Source: a virus
DNA: 64,000 bases
IMG/VR virus record: IMGVR_UViG_3300020204_000022
Span: 8,555 to 72,554 of that record
Strand: one strand, 5' to 3'
In this document: one piece after another, positions 30,762 through 38,903 of the stretch
Layout: each line of letters opens with the position of its first letter
Numbering within the stretch: the stretch's first letter is position 1
Position numbers and translations under genes: made by a program
Notes under the pieces: model-generated
Told to the model about the DNA's origin: nothing
What the model saw: only the letters and a program-made list of their open reading frames with translations
Database searches by the model: none

Positions 30762-31181
30762 TTGATGCTCCATCACCTTTTGGAATTCAAAAAATACGAT
30801 CCTAGGTTAGAATACAAAACCGATACCAGGAGAGATATTTCTTTGGATGACATCAGAAAATCCGGAGCATATAGAAATATTATTGATTTAGGATTTGAAG
30901 AGGAACACTCTCACCAACAGGAATTGAATAACACCTTGAAATTTGTTAGGATAAAACACAAACAAAGAGAAAGGGGACACGGCGATGTTTTTTATACGGT
31001 TCATCCAAGTGGAATTGTCAGAAGGTACAATCCAGAAAAATCACACGAAATTCCAGAAGGAGGGGGAAATGACATCCGAAGATTTCCTAGACCCTTTAAA
31101 ACTTTGAAGGATTATAACAGGGCTTTACAATATCTTTTTAATTATCTCAGAAGAAAAGAATTGAGAAACGATTACAGATAG
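30762..31181 (+). CDS. Hypothetical protein
   Basis: Complete ORF immediately following previous stop. Confidence 0.45.
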   Translation: MMLHHLLEFKKYDPRLEYKTDTRRDISLDDIRKSGAYRNIIDLGFEEEHSHQQELNNTLKFVRIKHKQRERGHGDVFYTVHPSGIVRRYNPEKSHEIPEGGGNDIRRFPRPFKTLKDYNRALQYLFNYLRRKELRNDYR

Positions 31182-31190
31182 AATACTTCA

Positions 31191-31200
31191 AAATATATAA
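31191..31200 (+). promoter_or_regulatory. Candidate promoter AAATATATAA
   Basis: Variant of the recurrent motif; 38 nt before GTG 31239. Confidence 0.35.
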
Positions 31201-31238
31201 TCAATCGTTCATACCTATAAAATTAAAAAATATAGCCA

Positions 31239-33008
31239 GTGAAACATATCAAAAATTTTACAATTTTTCTTTTCGAATCTGAAGAATTCACTAAAGAGGA
31301 CTATTTGAACTTTAAACAATATACAAATAATAGCAAGAAAGGGATTCCGTCAACAAAGGAACAAATGGAAGCAATGAGAAAATATCATAGAATGAAGCGT
31401 AAAGGTTTGGATCCAATTGACCCTTTCCGAGAAAAGAAGGGGGAAAAAGAAGAATTCACGGAAGAAGATCGCCGAAACTTTCAGGAATATATTAAGAAGA
31501 TTTATGCTAAACCAAGATTAGAACCAACGCAAAAAGAAAGAGAAGCATATAATAAATATAGTAGGCAAAAAAGAATATTGGGTCATTCTCCTTTTAAAAG
31601 ACAAGAAGAAGAATTCACGGAAGAAGATTACCGAAACTTTAAGGAATATAATAGGAAGATTTATGCTAAACCAAAATTAGAACCAACGCAAAAAGAAAGA
31701 GAAGCATATAATAAATATAATAGGATCAGAACGAAAGGATTGGATCCAATTGCTCCTTTTCGAAGAAAAGAAGAAGAATTTACGGAAGAAGATTACCGAA
31801 ACTATCGGGAATATAGTAGGAAGTATCAATCTAACCGAATCAACACTAAACCAAGATTAGAACCAACTCAAAAAGAAAGAGAAGCATATAATAAATATCA
31901 AAGGCAACGAAAAATATCGAATCCAATTGCTCCTCTTAAAAAACAAGAAGAAGAATTCACGGAAGAAGATTACCGAAACTTTAAGGAATATAATAAGAAG
32001 ATTAATGCTAAACCAAGATTAGAACCAACGCAAAAAGAAAAAGAAGCATATAATAAATATAATAGGATCAGAACGAAAGGATTGGATCCAATTGCTCCTT
32101 TTCGAAGAAAAGAAGAAGAATTTACGGAAGAAGATTACCGAAACTATCAGGAATATAATAGGAAGATTAACGCTAAACCAAAATTAGAACCAACGCAAAA
32201 AGAAAGAGAAGCATATAATAAATATTATAGGATACGGAGATTATCGGGTCTTCCTTCTATTAAAGGACAAGAAGAAGAATTCACGGAAGAGGAATACCGA
32301 AACTATCAGGAATATAATAAGAAGGTTAATGCTAAACCAAGATTAGAACCAACTCAAAAAGAAAAAGAAGCATATAATAAATATCAAAGAATGCTCACGA
32401 GAGGATTGGATCCAACTGCTGCTTTCACAGGAAAAATTAGAATTATAACAGCAACCGGGGATTGGTCAAAATTAACGCTAGATGGAAGCCCTTTGTTTTT
32501 GTCCCATGCTAACACTTATTTTGTAACATTCTACAAAAATCCCACAAAAGAAATGATAAAGAGACTCCTTGGGGATAGTGACCAGCCGTTTACTTGTGAC
32601 CCAAAGGAAGCAAGTCAGGAAATTTTTGGTGGGGATTTTCCGTACATCAATAAAAAAGAGGGATTGATATTTGCTGCAGATCCTAAATATTCTCCAGCAG
32701 ATTATGAAAATGAATTGGTTCGAACAGCGAAAACCATATGTGAAAACCCAGACGAAAACGAAAATATGGATGGGGAATATGCTTTAAATATTTTAGAGAA
32801 TGGCTGGGAAAACTTCACACCTGAACACATTAACCACTTGATTTTGCTTGCTAGTGAAAGTGCAAAAAAACCATCCGCGTATAATATCTTTTCTAAGGAT
32901 GATATAAAAAGAATTGATCTTTTTTTGAAATTTGCTAAATATAATTTAAAAGGTCAACCATTAAAATTAATGGATCCTAGAATAGAAATTAAATTCAAAG
33001 TAGTTTAA
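31239..33008 (+). CDS. Repeat protein with capsid-targeting-like N-terminus and unique C-terminal domain
   Basis: MKHIKNFTIFLFE|SEEF then about 6 near-perfect 54-60 aa repeats (EEEFTEEDYRNFKEYNRKINAKPRLEPTQKEREAYNKYNRIRTKGLDPIAPFRRK). Confidence 0.6.
   Translation: MKHIKNFTIFLFESEEFTKEDYLNFKQYTNNSKKGIPSTKEQMEAMRKYHRMKRKGLDPIDPFREKKGEKEEFTEEDRRNFQEYIKKIYAKPRLEPTQKEREAYNKYSRQKRILGHSPFKRQEEEFTEEDYRNFKEYNRKIYAKPKLEPTQKEREAYNKYNRIRTKGLDPIAPFRRKEEEFTEEDYRNYREYSRKYQSNRINTKPRLEPTQKEREAYNKYQRQRKISNPIAPLKKQEEEFTEEDYRNFKEYNKKINAKPRLEPTQKEKEAYNKYNRIRTKGLDPIAPFRRKEEEFTEEDYRNYQEYNRKINAKPKLEPTQKEREAYNKYYRIRRLSGLPSIKGQEEEFTEEEYRNYQEYNKKVNAKPRLEPTQKEKEAYNKYQRMLTRGLDPTAAFTGKIRIITATGDWSKLTLDGSPLFLSHANTYFVTFYKNPTKEMIKRLLGDSDQPFTCDPKEASQEIFGGDFPYINKKEGLIFAADPKYSPADYENELVRTAKTICENPDENENMDGEYALNILENGWENFTPEHINHLILLASESAKKPSAYNIFSKDDIKRIDLFLKFAKYNLKGQPLKLMDPRIEIKFKVV
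31448..32420 (+). repeat. About 162-180 bp tandem coding repeats, roughly 6 copies
   Basis: gaagaattcacggaagaagatt-type unit starts recur near 31448, 31608, 31770, 31948, 32112 and 32274. Confidence 0.85.
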
Positions 33009-33018
33009 ATTAAAAAAT

Positions 33019-33258
33019 ATGAGTTGCGGCTGCGATCAAAACCAATCATTCGAGAGACAACCAGTTCACAATCCTTTATTGGATTATGATAATCCTAATT
33101 CTTTGAACGGGAGAAGAATTTTACATAGTAATGGTACAGCATTGGAAATCATATCTCCAATTTTGAATCAAAATGATAAAAGATTGATAGGGTTCACAAC
33201 CAGAAATTCATCGGGGAAATTACTTAGAATTTTTGCCGAAGATGTAGTTAGAATTTAA
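33019..33258 (+). CDS. Small protein of a tandem paralog pair, N-terminal Cys cluster MSCGC
   Basis: MSCGCDQNQ...NGRRILHSNGTALEIISPILNQNDKRLIGFTTRNSSGKLLRIFAEDV. Confidence 0.55.
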   Translation: MSCGCDQNQSFERQPVHNPLLDYDNPNSLNGRRILHSNGTALEIISPILNQNDKRLIGFTTRNSSGKLLRIFAEDVVRI

Positions 33259-33282
33259 TTTGAAATTTTATTTTGAGTGAAC

Positions 33283-33291
33283 GATATATAG
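33283..33291 (+). promoter_or_regulatory. Candidate promoter GATATATAG
   Basis: Recurrent motif; 22 nt before ATG 33314. Confidence 0.5.
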
Positions 33292-33313
33292 ATAAATTTT
33301 AAACAAACATAAT

Positions 33314-33550
33314 ATGGGCTGCGGCTGTAATCAAATGAATCACGAACAAGGAGCACAAATGGTTTCTTCGAACCATGAAATAATTCATGATGAATTAACC
33401 GGAAAAAATATCAGACATTCTACCGGAAAGATTTTAACCATCTCTTCGCCGATTAGAGACATAAATGGTGATATTATAGGATATATAACCAATAACCAAG
33501 AAGGAAAGGTTATTCGCATTTTCGCAAAAGATGTGTCAGAAGTTCTTTAA
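33314..33550 (+). CDS. Small protein of a tandem paralog pair, N-terminal Cys cluster MGCGC
   Basis: MGCGCNQMN...TGKNIRHSTGKILTISSPIRDINGDIIGYITNNQEGKVIRIFAKDV; clear paralog of the 33019 gene. Confidence 0.55.
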   Translation: MGCGCNQMNHEQGAQMVSSNHEIIHDELTGKNIRHSTGKILTISSPIRDINGDIIGYITNNQEGKVIRIFAKDVSEVL

Positions 33551-33564
33551 AAAAAATTGAAATT

Positions 33565-34023
33565 ATGTTTTTTCCAACCGGCAAAACCACACAAGGACAC
33601 ACAGTAGTTTGTTTATGTTGCTGTGACGACCTTCCTTATCATGAATCTAAAAACAATTCTCCGGAAGAAATTTTAGAATCTCTCTGTGAGTGGATGGTTG
33701 AAAATTCATATTGTACCGAAAATTGGCAGGTAGAAAATTACGTTCGTGAATGTGGTTATCCGAAATACAAGATGGAGGAGAGCGAAGGGGGAATGGCTAG
33801 TTTGAACTCAACCCCGGGGATGGGACCGGTGACACCACCAACAGGTCCAGGAACAAATGTAAATTTTTACGATGCCTCCAAGCAAGGATCTGGAGATAAA
33901 TTTGACACTTTAACGGTAGGAACAAATTCTTCAACAATAAAATCTAAAGGAAAAAAACCAAGAAAAAGAATTATTCAATCATTTTCTGACTTTTTGGAAA
34001 CAACTAAGAAATTTCAAAATTAA
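33565..34023 (+). CDS. Hypothetical Cys-rich protein with a CTS-like C-terminal tail
   Basis: VVCLCCCDD N-terminus; C-terminus RIIQSFSDFLETTKKFQN. Confidence 0.45.
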   Translation: MFFPTGKTTQGHTVVCLCCCDDLPYHESKNNSPEEILESLCEWMVENSYCTENWQVENYVRECGYPKYKMEESEGGMASLNSTPGMGPVTPPTGPGTNVNFYDASKQGSGDKFDTLTVGTNSSTIKSKGKKPRKRIIQSFSDFLETTKKFQN

Positions 34024-34027
34024 AAAA

Positions 34028-34037
34028 GATATATATA
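34028..34037 (+). promoter_or_regulatory. Candidate late promoter GATATATATA
   Basis: Recurrent motif; 13 nt before ATG 34051. Confidence 0.5.
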
Positions 34038-34050
34038 AAAAAACCCACAG

Positions 34051-35436
34051 ATGAAAAACAAAATTTTAAACTTCGACCAATTTTCTTCGATATATGAATC
34101 TGAATTTTATATTAAAGAATCTGAATCTTCTGGAAGTAAAATAGACATAGGGCTTGATGATCTAGCGGTTAGTTCTGAACAAATAGCTGATGTAATGGCA
34201 GAGCTCGATCCTAAAGCAATTAAAGAAAGTGGGACAGGTATTAGTGCATACGGTTCAATTAAACCGGGAGAAAAAGGAGACAGGGTTAAATGGCTTCAAG
34301 GAATACTTGGATTTGAAGGTAAAGATGTAGATGGGGATTTTGGGCCAAAAACAATAAAAGCCGTTAAAGATTTTCAAAAAAATAATAAACTCACTGTAGA
34401 TGGAAAAGTTGGTGTCCAAACTTTGCAAAAAATGGTTGATGTTTTGAAAGTTCCCACTGAAAAACAAAGTGAAATAAATAAATTGTTAGAAGATTTAAGG
34501 GCAAAAATGCCTCCGGAATTGTTAGCTCTTTACGAAGTTTACATCGTTAATACGGATAAATCCGGAAATAATAAAAAAATAATTTTAATACCAAAAAAAG
34601 GTGCTCAAGAAAAAGTACAAGCAGCAAGAGAAAGTGGTATGGCAGAAGGATTAAAATTGTTACTTGAGGGGGTTAAATATGCTGGCAAGGCAATTATTTG
34701 GACTGGAGCCGCTATTGTTCTAGTTACTTTAGAAACAGCTAATGCTATGATATCCGGAATCACTGCTATTTCTAAAATGGTATTGGGTGGAGCTGCTTAT
34801 GTTGCAGGTGTAGCAGTTCAGGGACTTATGGAATTCGGAAAATGGATTGCTAGCGTGGGAGAAAAAGCTTGGGAGGGCCTCAAAGATGCATCTACAGAAA
34901 TTTGGAAAGGTGTATGTGATGCTGTTACACTTCTTGGTAAAGCATCTCTCAAAATTGTATATGGCTTTATACAAGGAGCCCAAGCCGTTGCTTATACACT
35001 CGCTGGTGTTGCATTAACAATTTTCCAAGCAGCAGCTAACACGTTTGATGCAGCCGTCAAAGGTGTAATCTCAGCTGCAAAAGAAGTAAAAACTTTTGTA
35101 GTAAACGCAGTTAAAGCAATTGGTGATGGAATCACAAAGGTGAAGGAGACACTAAAAGCAGGTTTTCAATATGCTGTTGATGTTACAAAGAAAGCTTTGC
35201 AAGGGGCTATTCAAGGGGTTAAGAATTTTGGAAAAAGCGTTGTTGCAGCAACAGAAAGAGCTTACAGCGGGGCTGTTAGCTGGCTATCATCTATGTATGA
35301 AAAAGGAAAGAAATTCTTTGAATCTACTATGTATGAAGTCTATGGTTCAGAATTCTTAAACGAAAATCGTCATTTAATAGAATTTGGAGAACTTGAGTTT
35401 TCTTTATTATCTGATGACTTGGATTGGAGATTGTAA
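34051..35436 (+). CDS. Putative injected peptidoglycan-binding / amphipathic protein with CTS-like N-terminus
   Basis: MKNKILNFDQFSSIYE|SEF; PG_binding_1-like IKPGEKGDRVKWLQGILGFEGKDVDGDFGPKTIKAVKDFQKNNKLTVDGKVGVQTLQKM; long Ala/Val-rich amphipathic and hydrophobic helices. Confidence 0.6.
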   Translation: MKNKILNFDQFSSIYESEFYIKESESSGSKIDIGLDDLAVSSEQIADVMAELDPKAIKESGTGISAYGSIKPGEKGDRVKWLQGILGFEGKDVDGDFGPKTIKAVKDFQKNNKLTVDGKVGVQTLQKMVDVLKVPTEKQSEINKLLEDLRAKMPPELLALYEVYIVNTDKSGNNKKIILIPKKGAQEKVQAARESGMAEGLKLLLEGVKYAGKAIIWTGAAIVLVTLETANAMISGITAISKMVLGGAAYVAGVAVQGLMEFGKWIASVGEKAWEGLKDASTEIWKGVCDAVTLLGKASLKIVYGFIQGAQAVAYTLAGVALTIFQAAANTFDAAVKGVISAAKEVKTFVVNAVKAIGDGITKVKETLKAGFQYAVDVTKKALQGAIQGVKNFGKSVVAATERAYSGAVSWLSSMYEKGKKFFESTMYEVYGSEFLNENRHLIEFGELEFSLLSDDLDWRL

Positions 35437-35458
35437 AAATCAAACTTTCACTTATTTC

Positions 35459-35490
35459 AAAAACCAGATCGTTAGGTCTGGTTTTTTTTG
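35459..35490 (+). terminator. Rho-independent terminator
   Basis: AAAAACCAGA-tcgttagg-TCTGGTTTTTTTT. Confidence 0.9.
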
Positions 35491-35561
35491 TTGGTACTAA
35501 GACTTCGACAAAATTGTTGAATTTATCTGTCCTGCATAGAATTCCCTTTTATTAATGTCTT

Positions 35562-35603
35562 GACAAATTGTCACCTTTTTTTTAAAAAATAAGACAAATT
35601 GTC
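35562..35603 (+). promoter_or_regulatory. Candidate early promoter/operator region with two GACAA-N-TTGTC repeats
   Basis: GACAAATTGTC at 35563-35573 and 35593-35603 (30 bp centre-to-centre); the first overlaps TTGACA. Confidence 0.5.
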
Positions 35604-35667
35604 GAAAATTAATGTGGAATAAATTTTGGAACAAAATTCGATTATTAAATGTTAAAAAATAACATTT

Positions 35668-36024
35668 ATGAACAAATACCGTTTTTATCACCCTCTTGAG
35701 ATGATGGATAGAATCTTATCCAACGATCTCGGTTTAGTTGATTCTGTAGATTACCAGGTCAACGAACAAGAAAATTCTTTGGAAGCCGAATTTAAAGTTC
35801 CAGGATTCGCCCAAAAAGAAATCTCATTGGAAGTAACTGATAACGTACTTCTGGTGGAGGCGAAATCCGAAACCAATAAATGGTCCAACGGATTTTCTAA
35901 AAAATACAAATTGCCGGAGAATGTGGATGGGTCTAAAATGGAGGCCAAATTAGAAAACGGCATTCTTTCTCTAAGAATCCCGAAGAAAAAGCAGGCTATC
36001 TCAAAGAAAATCGCGGTCCTCTAA
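35668..36024 (+). CDS. Small heat shock protein (Hsp20/alpha-crystallin family)
   Basis: ENSLEAEFKVPGFAQKEISLEVTDNVLLVEAKSE...FSKKYKLPENVDGSKMEAKLENGILSLRIPKKKQ. Confidence 0.85.
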   Translation: MNKYRFYHPLEMMDRILSNDLGLVDSVDYQVNEQENSLEAEFKVPGFAQKEISLEVTDNVLLVEAKSETNKWSNGFSKKYKLPENVDGSKMEAKLENGILSLRIPKKKQAISKKIAVL

Positions 36025-36045
36025 CCCTAAATATTCGGCAATTTC

Positions 36046-36082
36046 ACAAAAGCTCGTTCGAATTTGAACGGGCTTTTTTATT
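36046..36082 (+). terminator. Rho-independent terminator
   Basis: AAAGCTCGTTC-GAATTT-GAACGGGCTTTTT. Confidence 0.85.
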
Positions 36083-36091
36083 TTTAGGCAA

Positions 36092-36493
36092 ATGGAAAGA
36101 CTGATCCAAGAAGATTATCTTTATAATCCGTGGAAAATGATGGTTTGTTGTATTCTTCTAAATCAAACAACCAACCAGCAGGTAAGAAAAATTTTAGATC
36201 CTTTATTTATTTTAATACCCGATCCCATTTCTGCTTCACAAATGGAGCCAGAGAAAATCTCAGAAATTATTCTAAGCACCGGATTTTCTTCTGTTAAAAG
36301 TCAGAGGATCGTGAACATGAGTAAAAAATGGGTGGAAGGATTTGATTCGGTTTTGGAACTTCCTGGTGTTGGCAGATATGCGTCAGATTCTTGGAAAATT
36401 TTTGTTGATAAAAATCTCAGCATCCAGGTGACAGACAAAAAGCTTCAGGCCTATTTGGATTCCGTTTTGGCGTTCCCTGAAAGTGTCTCGTGA
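36092..36493 (+). CDS. HhH-GPD family DNA glycosylase-like protein (MBD4/EndoIII-like, compact)
   Basis: NPWKMMVCCILLNQTTNQQVRKIL...VLELPGVGRYASDSWKIFVDK (HhH followed by catalytic-type Asp region). Confidence 0.75.
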   Translation: MERLIQEDYLYNPWKMMVCCILLNQTTNQQVRKILDPLFILIPDPISASQMEPEKISEIILSTGFSSVKSQRIVNMSKKWVEGFDSVLELPGVGRYASDSWKIFVDKNLSIQVTDKKLQAYLDSVLAFPESVS

Positions 36494-36777
36494 ATTCTCT
36501 GTTTGACGTACTTTAAAATTTTCTTCGAATTCTTGTGATCTTTGGCGAGTACCTTTTGGAATTCTTCTTCCTCCGCCAATTCATCAAGGTAAGAGTATAA
36601 ATCAGTGGTGTTGTAAAGATCGTCTACAACCCTGGGCATTTGTGTGTAGGCGGGGCGGTAATTTCTAGAATTTACATTGTCTTTGTACCATTCCCCGGGT
36701 ACTGCCACGCTACCTGGAGCGAAGGCGCTCCAGTTTTCTGAAACGAAATTTCCGAAACTTTTAAGATTGTCCAACAT
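36451..36777 (-). CDS. Putative packaged small protein with CTS-like N-terminus
   Basis: MLDNLKSFGNFVSE|NWSAFAPG; minus-strand GATATATAC just upstream. Confidence 0.5.
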   Translation of the reverse strand: MLDNLKSFGNFVSENWSAFAPGSVAVPGEWYKDNVNSRNYRPAYTQMPRVVDDLYNTTDLYSYLDELAEEEEFQKVLAKDHKNSKKILKYVKQRIHETLSGNAKTESK

Positions 36778-36781
36778 AAGT

Positions 36782-36790
36782 GTATATATC
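36782..36790 (-). promoter_or_regulatory. Candidate late promoter GATATATAC on the minus strand
   Basis: Reverse complement of GTATATATC; 4 nt before the minus-strand ATG, an unusually short leader. Confidence 0.4.
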
Positions 36791-36807
36791 CATTCAGGAT
36801 TTCATTT

Positions 36808-38211
36808 ATGATAGTAGATATTGAAAATAAAGGTGAAGAACTTAAAATTTCGACCTTTACAGAAGAAGGTGGAATCAAATTCATTAACGTTCCAATTCCA
36901 CCAGAGGAAAGATTTGTATGGCAAATTTGTTCGCACAGTGATAGGGACCGGGATAAAACTTGGAAAAATTGGGAAGGATCCTCAATCAAAAAGCACAAAA
37001 ATACGAAGTACGACAAATATCGAATTTTACAATTGCTCGAAGAGGCAGATCCAGAACTAACCAAGCCTCTCTGGGAATTCCAAACACCCAAAAAATTCTT
37101 TGTGGATATTGAGGTCGAAATGACCGACGAGATGAAAGATTCTTTGGATACAGAGAAGGCAAAAAATAAAATTTTGTCCATCGGGATAGCCACAGATAAA
37201 TGCAAATTGATTGTCCTGGGGCTGGATGATTTGGACGCCGAACAACAAGGATTGATCTACCAACAGGTCAACGAGTATTTACAACAAACAGGAGACACCT
37301 GGGACTTTAAGTACAAAAAGTTTGAGTCTGAATACGACATGCTTTACACCTTCTTCAAGGATATAGCATCCAAAATGTCAGTCATCACAGGTTGGAACTG
37401 GTTTGGTTATGACTGGCCTTATCTTATCAATCGGGCGAAGAGGCTTGGGATAGATCCTAAGATCATTTCTCCGAGTGGTTATTTGATTGGTCAAAATCAA
37501 CTTCCAGCCCACATTCTCATGGTTGACTATCTTGAAATTTACAAGAAGTGGGATAGGGTAATAAAAATCAAAGAAAGCAATCGTTTGGATTATGTTGCAG
37601 AAAAAGCAACCGGATTGAAAAAAATCCATTATGAGGGAACACTCCGAACCCTTTACCAATCGGATTTCACCAAATTCATTTTTTACAACGCAATTGACTG
37701 TGCACTGGTTCATTACATCGACAAGAAATTAAAGACGATGTTGACCTTCTTTAAAATAGCGAATTTAAACGGGGTTGAGATCAATAGGGCTTTGTCCCCA
37801 GTTTGGTCTACCGAGGTGATGATGATGAGAAAATTTCTTGATCGAAAACAGGTTTTTGTGCAAACAAGAAAGGATGAAAATCACGTCAAATTTGCTGGTG
37901 CATATGTCAAAGATCCAATTGTTGGATTGCACGAATGGGTAGCATGTTATGACTTCGCTTCTCTGTACCCCAACACGATCGTGCAGTGGGGAATCTCGCC
38001 CGAGGTTTATAAAGGTAAAAATTTATTGGACACAAAAGAAAGTTGGATCAAAACTTCCTCCGGAGCTGTGTTTGGAGGAGACGATGAAGATCCGATTTTG
38101 AAGTCGATCATTAAGGACCTGTATGCCAAAAGAAGACAGGCCAAGGATAAGATGTTAAAACTTCAAATAGAAATCGACCAGTTGGAGAAACAATTAAAAA
38201 AATTAACGTAA
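36808..38211 (+). CDS. 43: Family B DNA polymerase, N-terminal part only (exonuclease + motif A); split gene
   Basis: Exo I-like FFVDIEVE, Exo II-like VITGWNWFGYDWPYL, Exo III-like FIFYNAIDCALVHYID, motif A CYDFASLYPNTIVQWGISPE. Ends at KLQIEIDQLEKQLKKLT; no KxxxNSxYG or DTDS motif follows. Confidence 0.8.
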   Translation: MIVDIENKGEELKISTFTEEGGIKFINVPIPPEERFVWQICSHSDRDRDKTWKNWEGSSIKKHKNTKYDKYRILQLLEEADPELTKPLWEFQTPKKFFVDIEVEMTDEMKDSLDTEKAKNKILSIGIATDKCKLIVLGLDDLDAEQQGLIYQQVNEYLQQTGDTWDFKYKKFESEYDMLYTFFKDIASKMSVITGWNWFGYDWPYLINRAKRLGIDPKIISPSGYLIGQNQLPAHILMVDYLEIYKKWDRVIKIKESNRLDYVAEKATGLKKIHYEGTLRTLYQSDFTKFIFYNAIDCALVHYIDKKLKTMLTFFKIANLNGVEINRALSPVWSTEVMMMRKFLDRKQVFVQTRKDENHVKFAGAYVKDPIVGLHEWVACYDFASLYPNTIVQWGISPEVYKGKNLLDTKESWIKTSSGAVFGGDDEDPILKSIIKDLYAKRRQAKDKMLKLQIEIDQLEKQLKKLT

Positions 38212-38371
38212 GAATTCCACATCAGACCCCAAGTTTCTAGGTCGGGCTTGATATATAAAATCCAATGGGAAAAAGAATGATTTATTTGATTGCAAACCTG
38301 TCTAGTGGGAAAGATGTACTATCAAATTAGAAGTAATTATAACACCGAATACAGAAAAATTTAAAAGAAAA

Positions 38372-38860
38372 ATGGAGAATAAGAATTTTCAACAATGTGC
38401 ACAGATTGATGTCAATAACGACTATCAAGATTTAAGAGAAAAAGGAAATGATGCTTTAGAACTAATCTATAACATGCAGAAATCGATCCAAGAAGAAGTA
38501 TATGGATACAACTTTGAAGAGATCCGGTCTTCAATTGGAAAGTTAAAAGAATTTATTGATTGGAACGAGGAAGCAATCCGAGACGAGGACAGGGAAATGC
38601 AAAATGCTCTTACCGGAATCCACACTTATCCTTCCTGTTGGAAGCCTTGGAAATCAAAACACAAAGAAGCAATGGCAAGATCCCTTTCGGATTTAACTGA
38701 AGAGGAATTGAAAGAACTTAGATATGAATGGATAGACAAGTTACATTTCATAATGAATGAAGCCATTGCAATTGGATTAACCCCTGAAATGATTACTAAC
38801 TACTATGTTGCTAAGAATAAGCATAACGTAGAGAGACAAAATAGACCAGGCGGATATTAA
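38372..38860 (+). CDS. Hypothetical protein
   Basis: Complete ORF; GATATATAAA at 38249 upstream. Confidence 0.45.
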   Translation: MENKNFQQCAQIDVNNDYQDLREKGNDALELIYNMQKSIQEEVYGYNFEEIRSSIGKLKEFIDWNEEAIRDEDREMQNALTGIHTYPSCWKPWKSKHKEAMARSLSDLTEEELKELRYEWIDKLHFIMNEAIAIGLTPEMITNYYVAKNKHNVERQNRPGGY

Positions 38861-38903
38861 TTTACTAAATCTTACTCAAAACATAAAAATAAATAGAAAC
38901 CCT

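Noticed and set aside
31448-32420. CRISPR-like regular repetition
   Set aside because: Units are 162-180 bp, in frame and protein-coding, without short palindromic repeats separated by unique spacers. No CRISPR array was seen anywhere in the window.
35650-35668. Short palindromic tract AAATGTTAAAAAATAACATTT before the sHSP ATG as a terminator
   Set aside because: It forms an AT-rich inverted repeat but lacks GC pairs and a T-tract, and lies immediately upstream of the start codon; more likely leader or operator structure, too weak to call.
38100-38211. Possible intein half at the end of the split DNA polymerase
   Set aside because: No Cys/Ser block A, no block B THxx pattern and no endonuclease nearby; the ORF simply ends in a coiled-coil-like helix.
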